Below are positions 50,001 through 60,755 of a stretch of DNA of 64,000 nt, piece after piece. A program made the translations under genes and the position numbers. Under the pieces are notes generated by a model. The model was not told the origin of the DNA and made no database searches. It saw only the letters and a program-made list of their open reading frames with translations. Each line of letters opens with the position of its first letter. Position 1 is the first letter of the stretch. Source of the DNA: Lytechinus pictus (lineage: Eukaryota); the NCBI RefSeq assembly GCF_037042905.1, contig NC_087250.1, positions 28,212,001 through 28,276,000 on the forward strand. Direction: 5' to 3'.

Positions 50001-52260
50001 GGAACGGTGACAAGACATTATCGTATGCATCAACAAGGCAAAGAAACGTCTACAAACTCAGTTGGTAAGTACTACTGAGATTCACAAAATGCAAGCTTAA
50101 TACACTGTCATATTCTTATAGGCCACCGCACACCTTTTGGAATGAAGCGTCTAATCATTTGATGCAAATGTGTAGATGTGGATCCTCTCCTTGCGCAACG
50201 TTCCAAATCAACAGTGGGCTTACGACCGAGATTCAAAATTGCAAGTGTAAGACACTGTCATATTCCTTATACCTCGGTCACATTTGCTCTACGTCGGCTG
50301 TACGGCGAGTTGAAAACAGCCAATATGTAACTGGAAAAAAATATGTTAAAACGGCTGTCTTAGACTCGCCGTACGGCCGCCGTGGAGCAAATGTGACCAA
50401 GGTAAAAAGGCCACCGCACACCTTGCAATTGATCTGCAATCCAATTTTGGAATGAAGCGTCTTATAATTTGATGCAAATAAGTAGATGTGGATCCTCTTA
50501 TTGCACAACGTTGCGAATCATCAGTGGGCTTACTACTGAGATTCAAACATGCAAGCGTAAGACACTGTCATATTCCTAAAGGCTTCACATCTTACAATTG
50601 ATCTGTAATCCGATTTTGGAATGAAGCGTCTTATCATTTGATGCAAATAAGTAGATATATTGCACAACGTTGCGAATCATCATATGAATTCATATTTATA
50701 TTGAAATCTAAGACTGTACTATCCTCTTATTAGAATAAAATCAATTTCAGTATCTAATTATTATGACATCATAGCAATCGTACCATAGGCTACGAATTGA
50801 AGGGAAATTGGCGTTTACTCCATAGAAGTATTAGTACTATCAAATTGAATCCAAAATAGAAAGATTATATTCATACATATTTTCAGAAATAAGCAACATG
50901 CGATTAGATCTGAAATCATTTGTAATCCAGTTGTAAAATGTATGGTGTTCCTTAGGGGTTCATAATAATGTGTGTCTGGATAGTTGATCATCACCTACCT
51001 TACAAACTATGATATGGAAATATATCGTCCCCAATCAATACATTGAAGACAAAAACAAAATTAATATCTTTTTTTTCTGCTAAGACTGAAACGAGAATGG
51101 AGATGGGGAAAAATGATAATTATGGATTACTTTTTTCCCCATTTGCAAAAATTGTTTTCTCACAAGGTGACAGACTATTGTCTGATCATATTTATGTAAA
51201 AAAAAAGTTGAAATTTGGCAAATTTGCGACATATAGCATTCCCATGACAACAACAATGAAATCATTATGAAGTCACATTTATGAATCATTGTCATGTCAT
51301 GAGGTTCCACAATTTTAAGATGAATTCTGAGACTTGAATTATGAAATACATTTATTGTTATTAAAGTAATGATAAATTTATAAACTATATAGATTTTCTG
51401 AGCATTACTTTCATTACCCAATGCTGTTTGACTCATATTATAGCATCCATATTTGCCTGGACCAGGGGTCTTTCACATCGTGCTAAGCTGGACAGTAATG
51501 AAGCCCTTGCTAAGTTCTCTGCTGCTTTAGAAGAAGCATGCATCGAGACTATAGAGGGCGGTATAATGACCAAAGATCTTGCAATCTGCATCAAAGGAAT
51601 GGCAAAGTAAGTAATGTTTCATTTTGAGTATAGTGAGTTTGCTTAATTGGTCTATGCTAACTTTCATAGAATTTTTGCTTGGTTTAACTATGGAGAGCCA
51701 ATTGGGGCACGAATTCCTTACAATACACATTGACTTGACACCCTAACTTTTCATAATTGTCCGGGAATGATAACTGAAGTATTTTTCTTCATTATGAAAG
51801 CAAAAGGAAACATAATAGGAAACATACTTTTTGCTTTGTCTCATTCCACATGGTCTAATACTAGTTTGTCTTCATCCAATTTGTATTACACTGTTTAGTC
51901 TAATTGCCATTTAGCCCTTTGTATAATTTCCAGTTCGGCAAAATCCATCTTGTCCAATATGCACTTGTTGTTTATGATTTGATAAATTGTTTATGAAACA
52001 AGTTTTTCATTTGACAACATCCAAAATGATAATAGATAAAGTGAAAATTAGACTCTTTGGCCTGTAGTCTAAAGTCGGGTTTGAATTAAACTCTGACTAT
52101 GTCAACACGTTTGAATTCCTGAAGCCATCTCTTCTATGTGATTTTATCTTTTGTTTTTCTCTCTTTCATCTATTCTTACAGTGTTGTCCGTTCTGACTAT
52201 GTCAACACGTTTGAATTCATTGATAAAGTTGCTGAAGCTGTCGCTGCAAAGTGTAAGTGA
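31991..52260 (+). CDS. IDH1: NADP-dependent isocitrate dehydrogenase, cytosolic type; join(31991-32006,33927-33966,37896-38002,40564-40650,41991-42151,42669-42883,43395-43615,49924-50064,51444-51606,52182-52260), 1230 nt, 409 aa
   Basis: Spliced translation [152 protein letters not shown]. All 9 introns are GT-AG with matching phases. Confidence 0.96.
32734..33405. mobile_element. MITE in IDH1 intron 1
   Basis: TIR CTGTATGGTGGTGTGACCTTAATTTGCAC/GTGCGCAAATTATGGTCACCCCATCATACAG. Confidence 0.75.
33927..33966 (+). CDS. IDH1: IDH1 exon 2 ([13 protein letters not shown])
   Basis: TTTCAG| acceptor, AG|GTATTT donor. Confidence 0.95.
34401..34623. mobile_element. Short MITE
   Basis: Ends GGGGCGTTGAAAGAA/TTCTTGCAACACCCC. 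Confidence 0.65.
35368..35901. mobile_element. MITE with CCC..GGG ends
   Basis: Inner TIR CATTGACGAGTGGATACCATGCGCGACC/GGTCGCGCATGGTATCCACTCGTCAATG; 7-8-bp TSD CACAGAC(C). Confidence 0.85.
36103..36678. mobile_element. Kolobok-like MITE (related fragment at ~9908-10385)
   Basis: TTAG|AGGACAAGTCCACCTCA..TGAGGTGAACTTAACCT|TTAA. Confidence 0.7.
37045..37592. repeat. ~31-33-bp minisatellite (ATAACTTTTAGATAGTTTTGTGGGGAAAT)
   Basis: About 17 degenerate units. Confidence 0.92.
37896..38002 (+). CDS. IDH1: IDH1 exon 3
   Basis: [40 protein letters not shown]| and G|GTGAGT. Confidence 0.96.
38030..38668. repeat. ~50-51-bp minisatellite directly after the exon-3 donor
   Basis: Unit ATTGCACATTACAAGATCAAACAGACCTTCTTTCACAAAACCTTCCTATCA, about 12 copies. 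Confidence 0.93.
39885..40165 (+). mobile_element. tRNA-derived SINE
   Basis: A box TGGTCCAGTGG (39891), B box GAGTTCAAATCCC (~39934), simple-repeat tail AATAAACTGAAACTGA. Confidence 0.7.
40564..40650 (+). CDS. IDH1: IDH1 exon 4
   Basis: [34 protein letters not shown]| and G|GTAAGT. Confidence 0.96.
40695..40987. mobile_element. Two ~135-bp MITEs in opposite orientation (third copy at 49600-49733)
   Basis: GCCCGTAACACAAAG..CTTTGTGTTATGGG ends. Copy 2 (40852-40987) is the reverse complement of copy 1 (40695-40833). Confidence 0.85.
41991..42151 (+). CDS. IDH1: IDH1 exon 5 (contains the R100/R109/R132-equivalent residues)
   Basis: [60 protein letters not shown]| and CAG|GTGAGG. Confidence 0.97.
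42156..42605. repeat. (GGAT)n/(GGTT)n microsatellite filling intron 5
   Basis: Read directly; begins 4 nt after the donor. Confidence 0.97.
42669..42883 (+). CDS. IDH1: IDH1 exon 6
   Basis: [47 protein letters not shown]| and AG|GTTAGT. Confidence 0.97.
43395..43615 (+). CDS. IDH1: IDH1 exon 7
   Basis: [42 protein letters not shown]| and CAAG|GTAATA. Confidence 0.97.
43577..46788 (+). repeat. 54/56-bp tandem array derived from the exon-7/intron-7 junction, left block (~58 units)
   Basis: Unit GTAATAATAATGACTATTATGATGGTAATGTAGAGAGTGATTCTGTAGGACAGG compared with the exon end TATGATGGAGATGTACAGAGCGATTCTGTAGCACAAG|GTAATAATAATGACTAT. Confidence 0.97.
46789..47990. mobile_element. 1.2-kb non-TIR insertion with a 160-bp terminal hairpin (Crypton-like non-autonomous element?)
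   Basis: Flanked by an ATAATA direct repeat (46783-46788, 47991-47996). Hairpin at 46792-46952, no TIR, CCAATCAG near the other end. The family assignment is tentative. Confidence 0.75.
47991..49313 (+). repeat. 54-bp exon-junction array, right block (~24 units)
   Basis: Same unit, without the 56-bp variant; many units carry GGTGATGTACAGAGT, closer to the exon sequence. Confidence 0.97.
49924..50064 (+). CDS. IDH1: IDH1 exon 8
   Basis: [53 protein letters not shown]| and G|GTAAGT. Confidence 0.97.
50045..50690. repeat. ~150-170-bp degenerate tandem repeat beginning inside exon 8, with a MITE at 50270-50404
   Basis: AACGT..CAGT.GG..TACTACTGAGATTC..CACTGTCATATTC recurs at ~50045, 50197, 50507 and (partial) 50666. 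Confidence 0.8.
51444..51606 (+). CDS. IDH1: IDH1 exon 9
   Basis: [60 protein letters not shown]| and AA|GTAAGT. Confidence 0.97.
52182..52260 (+). CDS. IDH1: IDH1 exon 10 ([26 protein letters not shown])
   Basis: Long pyrimidine tract then TTACAG|; TGA at 52258-52260. Confidence 0.95.
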
Positions 52261-52281
52261 CTGGAAAGTAGCAAACTGTGA
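52258..52281 (+). other. IDH1: Candidate stop-codon readthrough extension encoding PTS1 (X-L-E-S-S-K-L-stop)
   Basis: TGA CTG GAA AGT AGC AAA CTG TGA. Confidence 0.75.
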
Positions 52282-52301
52282 ATCCTTAACTCCATAAATT
52301 A

Positions 52302-52307
52302 AATAAA
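52302..52307 (+). terminator. Candidate polyadenylation signal AATAAA (another at 52762-52767)
   Basis: Canonical hexamer 3' of both stops, with T-rich sequence downstream. The region is AT-rich, so the hit is not specific. Confidence 0.35.
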
Positions 52308-52870
52308 TTAAAGTCTTATTCTATGTCTTAATCGTATAAAGTCAAATGTATTTTTTTTTTCAGGCGGGAAATTCAGTAACAAATTTATGTCGGATCTTTT
52401 GTTTCAGCTGCTTGAAAGTTTATTTAATATGAAAATCATTTCATGAATGTAGTATTGATCAGTGAATATTGTCTGCATAGTGACACAAGGAAATCAATTC
52501 ATAGCCCTGTCTTACACATAGTGTTTTGATTGGTCCAATCAATCACAATTATGGAAAGCCAACAAATACCGAATGCATATGACTATTGAAAGTGTTTTCT
52601 AAATACAGTGTCAGCATCATTGTTGATAAGTCAATGTACATGTCTGTTTCCAGAGGGATGTTGTTTACATTTAATTTTAAAATTGATTTCCATAGTTGAG
52701 ACTGACTGGATCAGTTACAATCTTGTGTGAAACAAGCAATGATGAGATCAATTTAAGATATAATAAAAGAAAATGGATTTAGGATATTACGTTCTAATGG
52801 CTTCACAGAGCAGTTATATAAAAATGAGTTATTAAAATGTTGATTGACATAAAACGTCTTCCACCAAATC

Positions 52871-53292
52871 CAGAGGGGTCTTTTCATAAAGCTGTTTGAA
52901 AGTTATAAATGATTTTACTGATCACCCCTTCTTGAAGTAAATGATATACCCCAAATTTGTATTGGTATTGCTTTTATAGCTCCATTTAAATGATCCAATC
53001 ACCATGGCCCAGTCTTGAGTTATGAGAGTAGCTCCTTAGACAAGGTTACCAGTCACTTATAAAGTCATTTGTAACTAAGGATTAGTTTTATGAAACACCC
53101 ACCTGGGGACGTTTCATAAAGCTGTCTGTAAGTTAAGAGTGAATTTAAGAATGGCTGGAGATCCTTTCTTACACACCAATAAATCACCAGTCAGTGAACA
53201 TTTAATGGTGAATATGATATACCACAAAAAAGGATAACCAGTCGTTTTTATAGTCACACATACCTAAAGAATAGCTTTATGAAACATCCACC
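52871..53292. mobile_element. Two adjacent short MITEs of the TTTCATAAAGCTG family
   Basis: Ends TTTCATAAAGCTG..TTTATGAAACA; same family as ~27590-27758. Confidence 0.7.
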
Positions 53293-53464
53293 TTTAGGCT
53301 TAAATAGAATGAAAAGCCTTAAAGCATATACAAAAAAAAATCCACCTTGTGCTGTATTTTGATAATGAAAGACACAGTATTTACTTGTATATGATATTCA
53401 AACATCAATATTTGTTATGAATGTTATGAGCAGTTTAAATGTCATTTTATGATAAATCAACATT

Positions 53465-53764
53465 TGTTTGTTTGATAGGGGGTTGAATGAAAGGAAGATT
53501 AAGTTAGTGATAGCAGTGTTCATACATTTGTTTGATAGGGGGTTGAATGAAAGGAAGATTAAGTTAGTGATAGCAGTGTTCATACATTTGTTTGATAGCG
53601 GGTTGAATGAAAGGAAGATTAAGTTGGTGATAGCAGTGTTCATACATTTGTTTGATAGGGGGTTGAATGAAAGGAAGATTAAGTTAGTGATAGCAGTGTT
53701 CATACATTTGTTTGATAGCGGGTTGAATGAAAGGAAGATTAAGTTGGTGATAGCAGTGTTCATA
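53465..53764. repeat. 60-bp tandem repeat, 5 copies
   Basis: Near-identical consecutive 60-nt lines (TTTGATAGGGGGTTGAATGAAAGGAAGATTAAG..). Confidence 0.97.
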
Positions 53765-54646
53765 TAATGGCTTTGATTGATTAGGATTTACAGATTTTAT
53801 TAAAACTCTTAGGGTTCTATGTTCATTGTTTTTGTTCGGTTTTAATATTTTTGATTAATTTAACTTAGTTTTTACTGTGTGTGATTCTGATAGGTTTTGA
53901 CTTGTTATTCTAATTTTGTTGCTTTGCTTAATATTTTTGTTTCTTTCTAATAGGTGATCAATTGTATGTTTTGTGTAACCTTGATATAAGACTTGCATCA
54001 ATAACCAGTGTAGTTGTATATACATAGACACATTCCAGTCATGGCCTTTAAAAAAAAAAACACGATATGAATGATTCCCAAGATTTTGATAGATGTATGA
54101 ATTTAAAATTATCTGAGTTTTGTCTTAAACCTCGCAATATTGAATTGAAGATAGAATTTGATATGAGATGACTATTTTTTATGTATGATTCTGATGCGAT
54201 GACCTTGGTTCGTTGACTGGAAAGAAAATTTGGACTAAGAAAAATTAAGAGAAATATTGAAAGTTTGTAAAAAAAATCTATTTAAAAATGAGAGATTTGT
54301 GAATTGCCAAAGTTTCCATCTCTTATGCAAGCAGCTTTCCATTTATATTTGTGTAGCAAACGTGCAGCTTACAGGCAGGGGCAAAGCTGTGAAATTTCGT
54401 GCAAATAATTTATCATCAATTCACCATGCAATTATAGTTGTCATCATTCTTAAAAGCAACGCTGTAGAAATACATATTTAGAACATTGTTTAGAGCTGTG
54501 TATTTTTTCTACCCAATTTCTATTAAATTATTGATTGCACTTGAATATCAATTGTGATTTTTTTATGGGGAAGAGAAAGAGAGAGGGAGGGAGAGAAAGA
54601 GAGAGGGAGGGAGAGAAAGAGAGAGGGAGGGGGAGAAAGAGAGAGT

Positions 54647-54922
54647 GGAGGAGTCGTGATGTACTGGTTCTGACTCTTGCCTTGTAAACAGAGGGTTGTG
54701 TGTTCGAATCCCACCACGGTCTGGCGTCCTTTGGCAAGGTGTTAATCCACAATTTGCCACTATCGACCCAGGTGCTAAAAGGGTACCCGGTATGATGTGA
54801 AAGTCATTGTAGCTTGTCCAGTACTGTGTGCGCCTCACCGGCGACTGAATAGAATACTACCCAGGGAGTGGAGGATGTGCACACATTGTGTGCGGGAATG
54901 ACTGATTGATCCGATGACCGGG
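54647..54922 (+). mobile_element. tRNA-derived SINE with a conserved-core-like central domain
   Basis: B box GTTCGAATCCC; core CGACCCAGGTG..GGGTACC. A 5'-truncated copy with a (TAT)n tail lies at 58722-59027. Confidence 0.8.
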
Positions 54923-55275
54923 ATTGATGTGGGTGACAGACTGAGAGAGAGGGGGGGGGGGCGTTCTTGCTCTCTTTATCCCTCATTATCTCCTGAGCTC
55001 TGTCATTTATGTTGATGGCTTATTTTTCGGCTATTCCCCCGTCCACATCATGTATTGCCTTTCATTGAATCATGTTAAGTCATGACGAAAAAACACTGTC
55101 AAGTTTTGTGATCAGCAAAAATGGTAAATAAAGGTTCGCACGATGTCTTGTGACGTGTTCTGAGGCAACAACAGAATGTCTAAAGTCCAATAATTTAGAA
55201 AAACAAATACGAGTTGTGACATGCAGGCCTACGTGATGTTATAAGTGATAAACTTGCATTTCAGTTTCTTATTCG

Positions 55276-58200
55276 TAGTCAGGTCCAGATTTGAGAAAAG
55301 TAGACTGCCTTAGGCAAATCGTGTTAATGCTGAATTGAGAAGTGTTTTAGCATAATTTGAGAGCGCTGAGTCCAAATTTGATGTTTGCCAACCTTGATTT
55401 TGATGTTAAAATCCTCAAATTGGCAAAAACAATATATCCGCCATTCTACACCCATTTTTACTCTATTCTGACCCCAAAAACTTGTTTAAAAAATCTTTGT
55501 CAACGATTTTTGGTACTATTTGATCTCAGAAATAACAAACTAAAAATCCACCAAAATCGGGATCCGGGAATGTGGTTAGTTTTAAGATGGCGTCTAAGAT
55601 GGCCGCCATCAACTGAAAATTAAAATAACCGGCACTTTATCTACCCTAGACACCTTTTTCGGTGCATACATGTATTTAATGGTGTAGGGGGTTAAAGGAA
55701 AGAATGGACATAAGCACTCCAGGGTACCTGAAAATCAAAGATTGCGTAAAAATGGCTGCCATGGCCTAAAAATTCACAATTCATCGATTTCCTATTTTAA
55801 TGTATTTAATTTGGGTTTTATTCATTGGTGATTTTCAAGGGTCAAGAAGTAAACCGGGATAAGTTACAAGGCCGGTCAACGGTCCACTATGTCCAAAAAT
55901 CAAAGATGTCTTTTAAAATTGGAGTCTAAAATAGCTGTTGTTATCTAAAACCCCTTAAACCCAACATAGTTTTTTTAATAATATCTTCCTTGGGGATATG
56001 ATGTTGGTGTCTAACCAATGGTTTAATGGGTCAAGAAATACGTTGGGACAAGTAACAAAGATAGTCTATGGTCCATCATGTCCAAATATCCAAGGTGGTT
56101 TGCAAAAATGGAGTATAAAATGTCTGTCGTTAATTACAAACCGACATAGTGTTTAATAACCGCCTGGAGAATATGGATTTTTAGTATACCGCATGGTTTA
56201 AAGGGTCAAATATTAGATTGGGACAGATTACAAGGACAGTTAGCGGTTCCAGTATGTCCAAAAATCCATAATGGCTTCCAAAAATTGAGTCTATATAGGC
56301 CGTTCTTACCAAACAACCTGACATAGTTTGTTTAATATCAGCCTTGGGTATATGATTTTAGTGTTTAACCCATGGTTTAAAGGGTCAAGTAATAAATTAG
56401 GACAAACTACATGGACAGGCAGAGGTGCAGCATGTCCAAGAATTAAAAAAGGCATCCAAAATTGGAGTCTAACATGGCTATTGTTACCTTAAAACTGACA
56501 TAGTTTGTTCAATATCCGCCAGGGGTATATGATTATGTTGTCTTAAACTTGGTTTAAATGGTCAAGTGATACATTAGGATAAGTTACAAGGGCAATCAAG
56601 GGTCCCGTATGTCTAAAAATCCAAGATGGCTTCCAATTAAGGATTCTAAAATGGCTGCTGATGCTTAAAAATTGACATTATCTATTTAGAATCCATCTGG
56701 GAGATATGATTTTGGTGTCTACACTCTGATTTCAAGGGTTAAATAATACTTTTTGATAAGTTACAATGATATGAACTGTCCATTGTACCAATTATTTAAA
56801 GATGGCTTTCAAAATGAGTCTAAAAAGACTTCCATCACCTAAACATAGTCATAATTAGGTGAACAAAATCTACGCTAATGTGGTTTGAAGGCTGAAATAA
56901 TAAATCGGGACAAATAAAAAGGATTGTCAGTTTTTCTTTTCGTCATAAAAAGTCCAAAGCGACTCCTAAAATTGCGTAAAAATGACTGCTGTCCCCTAAT
57001 CTTGAGACCATATGATAGTCCTTAGCACATATAAATGACATGTCTTGAAATACTTATCAGTGAATTATGGAACTTTTAAGGTAAAAATTTACCTTAGCTC
57101 TTAAAATTTGTTTTTCGGATGTTTACTTATTGTTGCACCACCATCTAATTATGTCAAAAATTCTTGTAAAACGTATTTTCATGAGTCTTAAAAACAGAGG
57201 CACCAAAATAGTGGCACTAGATGGGGTATGAAGTATCGTCTTTTTTTTATCAATGGTGGCCAATTCGAATGTAATTTTTGGAACGTTCTTCAATTTTTTT
57301 TCAAAATGTACAACGGTGTATCCATGTAATTCGTCTTCACCTATTTAGTATTTGAACCTTGAAATCATTGGTAAGACACATTAATGTTTTTAGGTAGATA
57401 GTATATGCACTTTGGAGCCAGATTTTTAAGAAATAACTATTTTTCAGGCCATCATCATTTTTTTTGCAAGACTGCACCATTGATAAACCTTAAAATTTTT
57501 CCAATGTAATTTTTCCCTTTGGAACAATGATTTTTTATGTTTTATTTTATTCTTGGTAGACCCCAAAGTTATTTCTACCAGGTGGATATTATATGAATTT
57601 GGTCCATTTGAAAGATACAACGTCAAGACGTCCTATAGACGCCATTTTGCAAGATCATATTGGATTCTCTGACACACTCACCGACTATCTTGTAAACATG
57701 TCCTGTTTCATTATTAGCCTTGAAAGCTTTTTGATGATTTTGCTTTTGAGGATTTACTTTATTTTTGGAGTTAATGGTACAACGACTGCCGTTGTGGATG
57801 CTATGTTGGATTTCCAGGTAACCTTGACGACCTTTTTTAACTATAACCTGTCTCAATAGATTTGTTTAATCCTAACATGCCTAAGTTTCATGAAATAGAC
57901 ATCTATACCCTAAAAGTTATGACATTTCAAAAACTTAACCTCGGTTAAGATTTGATGTTGACTTGGCCGCCGCCATGGTCATTGCCGCCGTCGGAAAAGC
58001 GACGTCCATGTCTCGCTTCTGCTATGCAGGCAAGGAAAAAATGGCGGACACGTTAAAGATATCACGATGTGAATATGCCAGCATCGCCCCAAAATTATCA
58101 AACATTTGGACATATTATTTATCAATCAGCAGCTTTGAATCATGGCAGCCATCTTGGAATTAAAGATGGCTGACGAATCAATCGGACACATTATGTTTGC

Positions 58201-58468
58201 AACCCTGGGTATAAAAAATAGCACATAGATCCCAATTTCCGAAATACATTCACCCATAAAAATCGTTTAATATGGGAAACTGCAGTAAAAACGCCGCCAT
58301 TTTGTTTTTTGCCGATTTGAGGATGAAAACGTCGGAATCAAGTTTGGCAAACAGCATTTTTGGATTCAGCACCCCTAAATTACCTTAAAACAATTCATAA
58401 ATCAGCATTAACACAAAATGCCTAAAGCACTTTTTCTGAGCACATTAAAAAAAATCTGGACCTGACTA
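55276..58468. mobile_element. 3.2-kb non-autonomous DNA transposon, Academ-like
   Basis: TIR TAGTCAGGTCCAGATT/AATCTGGACCTGACTA. The 3-bp TSD TCG is confirmed by the empty paralogous site TTATTCGCTCA at ~59706-59716. Internal ~175-180-bp degenerate tandem repeats at ~55800-57000. Confidence 0.85.
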
Positions 58469-58721
58469 TCGCTCATTATCAGAGAATTATGTATATAAAT
58501 GTTAGAAATTATACAGGTACAACAGCTTTGTTTATTGCAACTTTTTTATTTAAATATTTTGTGAAAGACATGGATGAAGAGAACAATATATATATAAACC
58601 ATGTTGTTCTAAAACGTTTTGAACATGCAATCACTCCTGGCTCTGCCCTTCTACATTTTAGTTTTAAGAGACGATGCAAAGAAATACATTTTGCTTATAC
58701 CTCGGTCACATTTGCCATACG

Positions 58722-59946
58722 GCCTTGCAAACAGAGGGTTGTGTGTTCGAATCCCACCACGGTCTGGCGTCCTTTGGCAAGGCGTTAATCCACAATTTGC
58801 CACTCTCGACCCAGGTGCTAAAAGAGTACCAGGTAGGATGTGAAAGTCATTGTAGCTTGTCCAGTACTGTGTGCACCTCACCGGCGACTGACTAGAATAC
58901 TCCCCAGGGAGTGGAGGATGTGCACACATTGTGTGCGGGAATGACTGATTGATCCGATGACCGGGGTAATAATATATCTGTTAAGTGCTTAGACACGGCG
59001 TTCAGATGTATTATTATTATTATTATAGATAGAGATAAAAGCAGAAGGGTTGACAGCAGGTGGTAAAGATAGTGAGATGGAGGGAGATAAAGGAGAAATG
59101 GACAGAGAGAGCAGGAGGGAGAAATCTTGGTGGGGGGGGGGGGGTGAAGAGACATACATTAAATAGGCGTGACGTAGGAGGGTGGGGGTAAAAAGAAAAT
59201 GGGGAGAACAGACCGAACAAGAGGGGGGCGGGGAAATGTGGATAAAGGATAATGATCAGATCAGAGGGAAATGGAGAAAGGAGATAGAGAGAGGGAGAGG
59301 ACGGTTAAGATGAGGGAGGAAAAATGCCGGATATATAATAGAGAATGTACGTAGGAGTGATTTGGGTGACAGACTGAAAGAGAAGGAGAGAGAGAGGGGG
59401 GGGGGGACGTCCTTGCTCTCTTTATCCCTCACCTCATGAGCTCTGTCATTTATGTTGATGGCTTATTTTTCGGCTATTCCCCGTCCACATCATGTATTGC
59501 CTTTCATTGAATCATGTTAAGTCATGACGAAGAAACACTGTCTTGTGATCAGCAAAAATGGTAAATAAAGGTTCGCACGATGTCTTGTGACGTGTTCTGA
59601 GGCAACAACAGAATGTCTAAAGTCCAATAATTTAGAAAAACAAATACGAGTTGTGACATGCAGGCCTACGTGATGTTATAAGTGATAAACTTGCATTTCA
59701 GTTTCTTATTCGCTCAGTATCAGAGAATTATGTATATAAATGTGAGAAATTATACATGTACAACTGCTTTGTTTATTGCAACTTTTTTATTTAATCATTT
59801 TGTGAAAGACATCGATGAAGAGAACAATATATAAACCATGTTGTTCTCAAACGTTTTGAACATGCAATCACTCCTGGCTCTGCCCTTCTATTATCTACAT
59901 TTTAGTTTTAAGAGACGATGCAAAGAAATACATTTTGCTTATACCT
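58722..59946 (+). repeat. Local tandem segmental duplication of ~54680-58701 (without the Academ-like insert)
   Basis: 59383-59712 matches 54930-55275, 59713-59946 matches 58472-58701, and the SINE body is shared. Confidence 0.9.
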
Positions 59947-60189
59947 AAGTGGCGGATCAAGGGGGGGGCACAGGGGGTGCCCCCCCCCCTAAAAATGAAA
60001 AAAAAAGTAAAAGAAAGAAAAGGCGCCGCTTGAAAAAATAAAAATAAAGGAAAGAAAAGAAAAGAAAAGACGCTGCTTAAGAAATTATACACTGATATAA
60101 TATTAGCAACAGTAAAGGAAAGACAATCCCCCAGCAAAGCACAATCATATCATCTTCCTTATCTTTTCTTTGAACTACCCTTTTCCCAA

Positions 60190-60755
60190 CAACTTCGCCG
60201 GTTGAAAATAATCAGCAGTGCGCTGCCTGCATATAACTGGCCCCAATGAAGAATAATCAGCGCCACCTAAATCTAAATCGGCACCGGACAAGAATAATCG
60301 GCGCCATCTGGTTATAAATCGGCGCCGGTAAAGAAAAATCGACGCTGCCTGAGTTCTTAACCGGCGCCGATCAAGGATAATCAGCGCCACCTAAATCTAA
60401 ATCGGGGCCGGACAAGAATAATCAGCGCCATCTGGTTATAAATCGGCGCTGCCTGAGTCTTAACCGGTGCCGATCAAGAATAATCAGCTCCACCTAAATC
60501 TAAATCGGCGCCGGACAAGAATAATCAACATCACCTGGTTAAAAATCGGCGCCAGTAAAAAATAAACGGCGCCTCCTGGTTCTAAATCGGCGCCAGTCGA
60601 TTATGAATTGCCGCTGCCTGAATCTTACGTGACGCCGGTCAAGAATAATCAGCGTCCCCTGGTTCCAATAAATAGGCGCCGGTAGAATAATGAAGAAGGG
60701 CCTATTGCCAACCAAATCTAGATCGGCGCCGGTCAAGAATGATCAGCGGCACCTA
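60190..60755. repeat. ~20/40-bp GGCGCC-centred minisatellite
   Basis: Units such as AATAATCAGCGCCACCTAAATCTAAATCGGCGCCGGACAAG. Confidence 0.85.

Noticed and set aside
52253..52410. Perfect GTAAGT donor overlapping the last codons, as an alternative-splicing route to a PTS1
   Set aside because: The nearest acceptors (52363, ~52407) give CGKFSNKF.. or SA-stop, neither ending in a PTS1. Readthrough explains the in-frame SKL more simply.
53398..53767. 121-aa and 99-aa repetitive ORFs
   Set aside because: Frames of the 60-bp tandem repeat.
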